From IMG/VR virus record IMGVR_UViG_3300032135_000002: 64,000 nt of DNA; one strand, given 5' to 3'. Positions within the stretch are counted from its first letter, which is position 1. Every line of letters starts with the position of its first letter. Positions 1-7,154 of this stretch are shown in pieces. The notes below the pieces were generated by a model. It searched no databases. It worked only from the letters and a program-made list of their open reading frames with translations, and was not told the DNA's origin. A program made the position numbers and the translations under genes. Source of the DNA: an uncultured virus (IMG/VR IMGVR_UViG_3300032135_000002) (taxonomy: Duplodnaviria > Heunggongvirae > Uroviricota > Caudoviricetes).

Positions 1-528
1 AGTCATACCCAGTACATAAGTGCCATCAAGTTTTTCAGTCTTGTTGAGAGCGGTAACAACCTACGGGAAGCTTATATAAAAACGTTTCCTGAACGGTGGG
101 AAGAAAGAAGCCGTCGTAGCGATGATCCGGATGCAGTCATAAATGCCGAAGCCAGCAGGTTTAATAAAACCCGGTTGGTAAATGACGTTCGCAGAATGTC
201 AGCTATACCCATCCAGCTTATCCATCGACACATACTGCATGAAGCCATTCTTTCACAAGCCCACCTTATGCGTACTTCAAGATCCGACATGGTAAGGCAG
301 AAGGCAGGCGCAACGCTGATCTCAGAGCTGAAGCCTACGGAAGATCAGACCATCAATATCAACGTAGATGATGGGTCCAAGTCCGTGATACAGGAGCTTA
401 GAGAGGCTACTGAGAAGCTCGCTGCAGCAGAGCGTAGATCCGTAGATGCCGGAGTTCCCATGAGGGATATCGCAAATTCCAACATCATAGAAGCGGAATT
501 TAGCAGCAGTAGCAGGGATGACGATTAA
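1..528 (+). CDS. N4 gp69-like protein (putative terminase small subunit), 5'-truncated
   Basis: Frame is open from base 1 (SHTQYISAIKFFSL...AYIKTFPERW...FNKTRLVN). Resembles N4-like gp69. Its stop overlaps the TerL start (TAATG). Confidence 0.7.
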   Translation, partial: SHTQYISAIKFFSLVESGNNLREAYIKTFPERWEERSRRSDDPDAVINAEASRFNKTRLVNDVRRMSAIPIQLIHRHILHEAILSQAHLMRTSRSDMVRQKAGATLISELKPTEDQTININVDDGSKSVIQELREATEKLAAAERRSVDAGVPMRDIANSNIIEAEFSSSSRDDD

Positions 529-2126
529 TGGATTTGGATAAACAGCTAAATTTAGTAGATTATGGATTCTTTGACACAGATTACCGTCCAACACAATTTG
601 CTTTAGAATTTATCGCTTTTGTTAAGCTGGTTAATGGTTCCATGGGGGAAGAAAACAAATCTCCTATTATCCATTACGACATGCTAGATCAGCTATCGGA
701 AGAACGGCCAGGCGCAGCTTCGAGGTTTCTTCAAAACCTGTACGTGTCTTTTCGTGGATCAGCTAAGACAACGGCTTTGCACGAGTACATGTACCTGTAC
801 CTGGCAACCTATGGCGGTATTAAAGGCATAGGTCCTATAAACGTAGCCATGTACATAAGTGACACTATGGAGAACGGTGTGAAGTCCATGAGGAATAACT
901 TGGAGTTCCGGTGGAACAACAGCGAGTTTCTTCAGAAGTACGTGCCGTATACCAGATTTACAGATGTTAGGTGGGAGTTTAAGAACGCTGACGGTAAGAG
1001 GCTGACGGTTCGTGGTTTTGGTGCTACTACGGGTGTTCGTGGTTTTAAAGAATACGGTGAGCGTCCGACGTGGTGCGGTATGGACGATTTGATGTCTGAC
1101 AAAAATGCCGAGTCAGCAACTATTATTCGTGACATAAAAAACATTGTGTATAAAGCTGCACGTCAGGCAATGCACCCTAAGAAGCGTATTGTTATATGGA
1201 CGGGCACACCCTTCAACAAATCAGATCCGTTCTATGAAGCTGCCAGCAGCAATGCTTGGAACGTTCGTGTGTACCCTATTTGTGAAAAATTCCCGTGCAC
1301 TAAACAAGAATTTAAAGGTGCTTGGGAAGATCGATTCCCTTACTCCTTTGTCAAAAACGAGTATTACTCATTGTTGGAGAGTGGTGAAATCAGCTCTTTC
1401 AACCAGGAGCTTATGTTGAGAATCACAAGCGAAGAAAGCAGGCTGGTTACGGACAGTGATCTGGTTTGGTACAACAGAGATCTGGTTGTTAAAAATCGTT
1501 CAAAGTTTAACTTCTATATTACTACTGACTTTGCCACATCTGATGGAAAGAAGAGTGACTACAGCGTGTGTGGTGTTTGGGCTTACACTAACAATGGTGA
1601 ATGGCTCCTAGTAGATGGGTTTTGTAAGCGACAGCTGATGGATAAAAACATTGACCAGCTATTTAGGTACGTTTCTGTATACCGTCCTTTAAGCGTCGGT
1701 ATTGAGATTAACGGTCAGCAGAAAGGTTTTATACAGTGGATAAAAGGAGAAATGATAACCCGTAACATATTCTTTAACTTTGCAAAACAGGGCAACATTG
1801 AAGGTATTCGTCGTACTGCTAAAAAAATAGTGTCTTTTAAATTGTTTGTACCTCAGATCAAAGCTAAGAAAGTTTGGTTACCAATAGAGATGAAAAAAGA
1901 TCCTTTGCTGGTAGAAATTGTGGAAGAGCTGACGTTTGCAACTGAAGAAGGCTTCCAATCTAAAAATGACGATGCTGGTGATATGATGTCCATGTTGACA
2001 GAAATGGACCCTTACAAGCCTGGTGAAGCAGTTGAAGTCTCTTATACAGAAGATGAAGATGGTAATCATGGCTTGTTTGTAGACGACGAAGAAGAAGACT
2101 TATACAATAGCAGCACAATATTTTAG
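528..2126 (+). CDS. terL: Terminase large subunit, N4 gp68-like
   Basis: Walker A-like FRGSAKTT, Walker B CGMDD, coupling motif WTGTP, nuclease motifs ITTDFATS and DDAGD; 532 aa. Confidence 0.92.
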   Translation: MDLDKQLNLVDYGFFDTDYRPTQFALEFIAFVKLVNGSMGEENKSPIIHYDMLDQLSEERPGAASRFLQNLYVSFRGSAKTTALHEYMYLYLATYGGIKGIGPINVAMYISDTMENGVKSMRNNLEFRWNNSEFLQKYVPYTRFTDVRWEFKNADGKRLTVRGFGATTGVRGFKEYGERPTWCGMDDLMSDKNAESATIIRDIKNIVYKAARQAMHPKKRIVIWTGTPFNKSDPFYEAASSNAWNVRVYPICEKFPCTKQEFKGAWEDRFPYSFVKNEYYSLLESGEISSFNQELMLRITSEESRLVTDSDLVWYNRDLVVKNRSKFNFYITTDFATSDGKKSDYSVCGVWAYTNNGEWLLVDGFCKRQLMDKNIDQLFRYVSVYRPLSVGIEINGQQKGFIQWIKGEMITRNIFFNFAKQGNIEGIRRTAKKIVSFKLFVPQIKAKKVWLPIEMKKDPLLVEIVEELTFATEEGFQSKNDDAGDMMSMLTEMDPYKPGEAVEVSYTEDEDGNHGLFVDDEEEDLYNSSTIF

Positions 2127-2137
2127 GAGACACAACT

Positions 2138-2782
2138 GTGAACATTAGCGAAGCTATTGAAATACTAATCAACTCTGAGCTAAAACAGTTGAGCCTTTCC
2201 GATGATAAAAAAGCAATTATCGGATACATCAATACTGCCATCACCGTTCTCTATAGTCGTTTCGATTTGTGGGAAGAAGTAGCGGTAGTGACAATGGTTG
2301 ATGGTGTAAATAAGTATACTATTGATGAACAAGATACCAATGTTGCTTTAGACAATACCGATCACGAATTTATTATGATCAATTCCATCTTTGATAAAGA
2401 AGATGAAAAGATAGAAATAAGCATTAAAGAAATTGATTACAAAATAAAAGTTCCTAGATACGGTAAAATAGAAGTTCCAAAATACAATATAATAAAAGTT
2501 GAAACACCCATAGAAGGTGATACTCTTAAAGTTAATTACAAAGCCGCACCAAAATTTCTTACTTACGAAAAACAGGCTATTCCACTACCCCCTCAGTATT
2601 TTGAAGCGTTGTTTCACTATGTTGGGTATCGGGCACATGCTTCTGTTAACGGTGACATCAAGGGTGAAAACAATACTCACTTCATGAGATTTGAACAAAG
2701 CTGTAAACTTATTAAATCTCAAGGACTTCAAAATGAAGACTCAATGCAAGTTTTCAAATTTGAGGCTAGTGGGTTTGTTTAA
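2138..2782 (+). CDS. N4 gp67-like virion (head-tail adaptor) protein
   Basis: Follows N4-like TerL; C-terminal LPPQYFEALFHYVGYRA...FEQSC pattern; SD AGGAG before GTG. Confidence 0.7.
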   Translation: MNISEAIEILINSELKQLSLSDDKKAIIGYINTAITVLYSRFDLWEEVAVVTMVDGVNKYTIDEQDTNVALDNTDHEFIMINSIFDKEDEKIEISIKEIDYKIKVPRYGKIEVPKYNIIKVETPIEGDTLKVNYKAAPKFLTYEKQAIPLPPQYFEALFHYVGYRAHASVNGDIKGENNTHFMRFEQSCKLIKSQGLQNEDSMQVFKFEASGFV

Positions 2783-2810
2783 AAGAAAAAATCAAAAGGT
2801 GTATAAAAAA

Positions 2811-2981
2811 ATGCTTACACAAAGTGAGTTTAATATTATTTATGAATTTTTAGATAGGGTACCTTTAAAAGGTCATAATGAAAGAACTGCTCTAAACTCT
2901 GTTATAATCAAACTTCAAAAAAGTACAATACAAGACAGCAGACAAAATGAAGATAATGGAAGGCGAGAGTCTGACAACTAA
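2811..2981 (+). CDS. Small hypothetical protein
   Basis: ATG 2811 with AAGGT upstream; fills the gap in the operon. Confidence 0.5.
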   Translation: MLTQSEFNIIYEFLDRVPLKGHNERTALNSVIIKLQKSTIQDSRQNEDNGRRESDN

Positions 2982-3017
2982 AGATGTGTATTTTTAAAAT
3001 AAGGTGCCCTAACTGAG

Positions 3018-3227
3018 ATGGAAGACTACTTTAGCAAGCTCGAAGAGAAGATTGAGCGTGACTCCAATTTCAGTAATGAGGAAATCGATGTCTTGAAATC
3101 CGTTATTAAGGTTTACCGAGGAATACTGGGAATTAAGATAATTGGATCTTGGATGGTTGCCTTGTTGGTAGGGTTTTCAGCTGTTTTGGTTTCTTGGAGC
3201 AGCATAGTAGAGAGGCTTGACAATTAA
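3018..3227 (+). CDS. Small membrane protein, holin-like
   Basis: One C-terminal hydrophobic helix; similar layout to 49357..49560; upstream of a peptidase. Confidence 0.55.
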   Translation: MEDYFSKLEEKIERDSNFSNEEIDVLKSVIKVYRGILGIKIIGSWMVALLVGFSAVLVSWSSIVERLDN

Positions 3228-3676
3228 TGAACGCCATAAGAAGAGTTGTTGAAAATACATTTGTTGTTTGGTTAGGTATTATTTTTCTTCTCAGTCTTAT
3301 ATTTATCGGAAAAGCAGCTAATTTAATAGGACGTCATTTCCCTGTTGTAACTCCTTTAAATATAACAAGTGTTGAAAAAATTGTAAATTTTGGTTTGGAT
3401 TCAAGTTTAATTAAAGGTACAAGTACTAAGCTCAGAGACTGTGATCAAAGAACTATGAGTTGGTTTATTGGTGAAGGTGGAAATGAAGGATCTGTTGTTA
3501 GCCTGTTTAAAGAAAAACCACAATCAAGAGAAAAAGGACTTATTGAGTTTACTGGTATAGTTGTTGGGCTTCCTCCAGAAAAACTTGATTTTGCAAGATC
3601 AGAAGTAGGTCATGATTGTTTTGGTGGTTATGTACGAGTAGTGAGTAATTTCTACACAGGAAAAGAGATAAGGTAA
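3227..3676 (+). CDS. Membrane-anchored periplasmic protein of lysis cassette
   Basis: N-terminal TM helix; FPVVT, KLRDC and HDC motifs shared with 49557..50039. Confidence 0.6.
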   Translation: MNAIRRVVENTFVVWLGIIFLLSLIFIGKAANLIGRHFPVVTPLNITSVEKIVNFGLDSSLIKGTSTKLRDCDQRTMSWFIGEGGNEGSVVSLFKEKPQSREKGLIEFTGIVVGLPPEKLDFARSEVGHDCFGGYVRVVSNFYTGKEIR

Positions 3677-3682
3677 AAAATT

Positions 3683-4132
3683 ATGATTCTTTGGATTCCT
3701 GAGCTTCAGCCAACAGAATGGCCTAATGGCACTATAGAAAAAATGGACCCAAAAATTCTAAAGGCTGCTATTGCCTTAAGAACAGAATCTGGAATACCCA
3801 TGACTCCAAGCCCAATATATAAAGGGCATGTAAGACAAAATGGAAATTCAAGGCACAGCATAAAAGAAGGAAAACGTCTTTCAGACGCTACCGATTTTTT
3901 TGTAAAATCTGATGTTAAAAGTATTTACAAAATAATTCAGTCGATATCCACGGTTTTAGAAATACGTGGTTGGGGTGTCTACTTTGATACTAAGCCAAGC
4001 GTCATGTTTCACATAGACTGCAGACCAGATTGCCTGGAGTGGATACGAGTAAACGGAAAATACATCTACGCTGTTAATAACCCTTCATTATATTACTCCG
4101 AACTTGCAAAACAGTTGAGCAAACTTAATTGA
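3683..4132 (+). CDS. Putative endolysin, peptidase M15-like
   Basis: Zn-peptidase pattern NSRH...ATDF...GWGVY...FHIDCR. Confidence 0.65.
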   Translation: MILWIPELQPTEWPNGTIEKMDPKILKAAIALRTESGIPMTPSPIYKGHVRQNGNSRHSIKEGKRLSDATDFFVKSDVKSIYKIIQSISTVLEIRGWGVYFDTKPSVMFHIDCRPDCLEWIRVNGKYIYAVNNPSLYYSELAKQLSKLN

Positions 4133-4204
4133 GTTAAACTCACAATTATATTACTGTAATCATGATATAATTTCGCAACAAACACGAACACCGAGGAATT
4201 ACTA

Positions 4205-4573
4205 ATGGCATTTATTGCAGGTACGGTTTACGACAACGGTTTGTCTTACGCACAGACTAACGGCACACAGCTGGATATCACCAGCTCAGAAGCTACTACC
4301 TACGCACAAGCAACCAGCACTTTGACTCTGGGTAATGACACAGTAGTTACATCTGCTCCAAGTAACGGTGCCGTTGATGGTCGGCGTGTACAGGTTCCTG
4401 CTATTACTGCAGGATCGGTTACAGGAACTGGAACGGCGGCATTCTGGGCTCTTACCGATGGTGTTGGTGAGCTTCTTGCAACAGGTACTATCACCTCTCA
4501 AGCAGTAACATCAGGAAACACATTCTCTTTGACAGCCATTAGCATTACATTGCGTGACGCTACAGCGGCTTAA
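4205..4573 (+). CDS. Small beta-rich virion structural protein
   Basis: SD GAGG; A/T/G-rich; GTAAFWAL and VTSGNTFSL resemble 9638..10027 and 52721..53161. Confidence 0.65.
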   Translation: MAFIAGTVYDNGLSYAQTNGTQLDITSSEATTYAQATSTLTLGNDTVVTSAPSNGAVDGRRVQVPAITAGSVTGTGTAAFWALTDGVGELLATGTITSQAVTSGNTFSLTAISITLRDATAA

Positions 4574-4670
4574 AAAGTAGAGTATCTGTAAACAGTTTTG
4601 GTGCACGCACGAAAGGTATTAAAGTTACTGAGTAATGCGTGCACTGTTTTATTTAATGAGGTTTAAATTT

Positions 4671-5099
4671 ATGAATAACTTGTTTGTTGTTATCCTGATT
4701 TCTTTTCTACTGTCCGGATGTTCCGTATTAGATAATATCGAAAAATCCCCAATGGCTTCAGAATTGATTACTAATCAAATCACTCTACGTTTTATTGCGG
4801 GTTCTGATAATCCTGCGGAACGGGCCGATGCTTTGAGAGAAACGTTGAAAGAGATCACCTTAAAGGTGTCAGGTCCCGAGCTTTACTCCCTGGCAGACAT
4901 CGAGAACACCGTGCGTGAAAATATCGATTGGTCTTCTTACAATTTGGCAGACCAGGAGCTGTTAAATTTTGCCTTAACAAAAGCACGACTTGTCATTAGC
5001 GATCTCATTGATGAAGGCATTGTAAGTCCGGATGAACGTTACCCATTGGAAACACTGATTCAGTGGATTGACCAAGCGGCACAGAGAGTCAGTTCATGA
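4671..5099 (+). CDS. Lipoprotein
   Basis: ATG 4671 with GAGG; signal peptide and lipobox LLSGC. Confidence 0.7.
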   Translation: MNNLFVVILISFLLSGCSVLDNIEKSPMASELITNQITLRFIAGSDNPAERADALRETLKEITLKVSGPELYSLADIENTVRENIDWSSYNLADQELLNFALTKARLVISDLIDEGIVSPDERYPLETLIQWIDQAAQRVSS

Positions 5100-5476
5100 C
5101 TGAGGCGGTTGAGTTAGCTGCATTGCCTGCATTTTCAGTGCTCAGTAAAGAGCATGTTAAGGGTGATAATTGGAAGCTCACCAAGCCGCTTTTCTATTTT
5201 CACCGAAGTGGTAAGACAATCATAATCCCAGAGGGTTTTGAATGCGACGGTGATAGTGTCCCACGTATCCCTGTCATCTATGCGATGTACAAGGGTCGAG
5301 CAATCCATGCGGCGTGGGTTCATGACTACCTGTATCGGGAACAGCGCGGTAAGGAGTTTGCCGATTTGATGTTTCTTGACGCCATGGAAGATCAGGGTCT
5401 TCCCGAACATATTCGCTACCCGATCTACTGGGGACCGTTTTTGTTTGGAAACAGCAGATACAGGGGTAAAGCGTAA
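5096..5476 (+). CDS. DUF1353 family protein
   Basis: IPEGFECDGDSVPR...AAWVHDYLY...ADLMFLDAM signature. Confidence 0.85.
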   Translation: MTEAVELAALPAFSVLSKEHVKGDNWKLTKPLFYFHRSGKTIIIPEGFECDGDSVPRIPVIYAMYKGRAIHAAWVHDYLYREQRGKEFADLMFLDAMEDQGLPEHIRYPIYWGPFLFGNSRYRGKA

Positions 5477-5685
5477 TGGTAGAAGTAAAAAAACGCACAG
5501 CACTGAAAACCACAAAGAATGTTGCAAAGAACAGCGGTGAGTTAGGCGGTGCAGCTGTAGCCATCATTCTGACAAAAGTTGCCCAGTCTTATGGAATACC
5601 CATCGGTGTTACAGAAGCAACGATCCTTGGCGGCTTTCTTGTTGGTATTGGCTCAAACATTCGGCATTTAATCAAAGACGACTGA
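5476..5685 (+). CDS. Small two-TM membrane protein (holin-like)
   Basis: Two hydrophobic segments; TAATG coupling. Confidence 0.5.
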   Translation: MVEVKKRTALKTTKNVAKNSGELGGAAVAIILTKVAQSYGIPIGVTEATILGGFLVGIGSNIRHLIKDD

Positions 5686-5695
5686 GGTAAACACC

Positions 5696-6136
5696 ATGAT
5701 CAAATTTGCAGCTTTTTTAATCGTCGGCATGATAGTCACATTGGCAGCCCACGCGGCCCCGGCTACATCTGAGCTAAGTTGGACAGCCCCGGACACCCGG
5801 GTTGATGGCACTCCACTGACGCTGGAAGAAATAAAAGAGTATCGGGTGTACTACACCGTGGACGGGCAGACGCCGGGCGACGGCTCCCCTGTTGTCGTGA
5901 ATGGCGCGTTAGGCAGCCAAACGGTAACACTAGAGCTGTTGCCCCGGGCCACTCCCTATGTTGTGGGGTTTGCTATTACCACCGTAGATACCGATGGGGT
6001 TGAGTCTGTGCGCTCGGATGTAGTCAGCAAGACATTCAACATCGACAGAATCGTGAAACCTTCTGCACCGACGAACCTACAGTTCAACATTACCTGCGGT
6101 GATGGCTGTACGATTACTGAAAAAGTGGGGCAGTAA
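5696..6136 (+). CDS. Secreted fibronectin type III-like protein
   Basis: Signal peptide ending AHA; LSWTAP...YRVYY...VDTDGVES...KPSAPTNL. Confidence 0.75.
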   Translation: MIKFAAFLIVGMIVTLAAHAAPATSELSWTAPDTRVDGTPLTLEEIKEYRVYYTVDGQTPGDGSPVVVNGALGSQTVTLELLPRATPYVVGFAITTVDTDGVESVRSDVVSKTFNIDRIVKPSAPTNLQFNITCGDGCTITEKVGQ

Positions 6137-6138
6137 CA

Positions 6139-6435
6139 TTGGTAAAATACTATCTTGTGCCAGTCATTGAGGACCCAGAGCTGGGCGGCAAGATTCCATA
6201 CACCGCGGCGACTTCGTGGACGGCTCGCTATCTGTCCGACACGGTTTGTCTGATTCGTGATCCAGACGGCTCACAGAACTACCCGCCGTTGCTGGACAAC
6301 ACGCCGGTAGGGACTTTGCCGCTGGAAGTTCAACCGACAATGACACCCGACGAGATAGATGTAGTTTACGCTAAGTGGGGCATAGAGCCTATGTCGTTGT
6401 GGAGTATGTTGTATGACCGAGTGGGTGGCGTCTAA
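6139..6435 (+). CDS. Hypothetical protein
   Basis: Contiguous in operon; TAATG coupling to the next gene. Confidence 0.6.
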   Translation: MVKYYLVPVIEDPELGGKIPYTAATSWTARYLSDTVCLIRDPDGSQNYPPLLDNTPVGTLPLEVQPTMTPDEIDVVYAKWGIEPMSLWSMLYDRVGGV

Positions 6436-7154
6436 TGACTCAGTTCTTTGAAGACTTCCGAGGTAAGACCCTCGACTCCACTCCACCGGAGTTTTCCGTT
6501 GCTTGGGAAGGGCCGCTCAGTCTGCTCGTAAAGGCAGGGAACCCGCTTGCCGGAAGCGCCAATCACCTACAGGTAATCCCGACCTCAACCGGTAGCTTTA
6601 GGCGAACAGCGGTAAAGTGGGACGTAGGAACTACATCCGGGAAAACAACGGTACGATTTCTGGCTCAGTTTTCGCCTGCCAATGTCACGATTCCGGGGGC
6701 TTTCCTAAGTGGCTCTGGAGCCACCGCTCAGCGTACGGGTTATGTGCAGTGGTGGGGTAGCAACCATAGAATATCGAAGTACGATAACGGTGGCGATTCG
6801 GCCATAGCGTCAGGGTCAACACCGCTTTCTAGTAGCGGTACCCCCACGTACTACTTTGAAATCATCAGAGACGGGGCGCTTGTAGAAGTCAGAGCTTGGG
6901 ATGTTGGTGGTACTAGGCCGGCAACCGCAGACGCATCAGTGACCGACGCGACTCCTCTACCTGTTGCGGGTTTTTTTGGTATTTCTTACCTTACGAACTC
7001 CAGCCCGACGATGGAGGTCTACGAAATAGCCGTAGGCACCAACGGCGACACAGCCCCGACCGCACCGGTCTCAACCGGTCCAGCTACCCCCGTTAACCTC
7101 GGCGCTACTAACATCCTCACTACCTCGGCCCGGCTTACTTGGGAGCAAGGATAA
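6435..7154 (+). CDS. Lectin-like beta-sandwich virion protein ending in half of an Fn3 domain
   Basis: FFEDF start, beta-rich core, C-terminus PATPVNLGATNILTTSARLTWEQG. Confidence 0.6.
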   Translation: MTQFFEDFRGKTLDSTPPEFSVAWEGPLSLLVKAGNPLAGSANHLQVIPTSTGSFRRTAVKWDVGTTSGKTTVRFLAQFSPANVTIPGAFLSGSGATAQRTGYVQWWGSNHRISKYDNGGDSAIASGSTPLSSSGTPTYYFEIIRDGALVEVRAWDVGGTRPATADASVTDATPLPVAGFFGISYLTNSSPTMEVYEIAVGTNGDTAPTAPVSTGPATPVNLGATNILTTSARLTWEQG

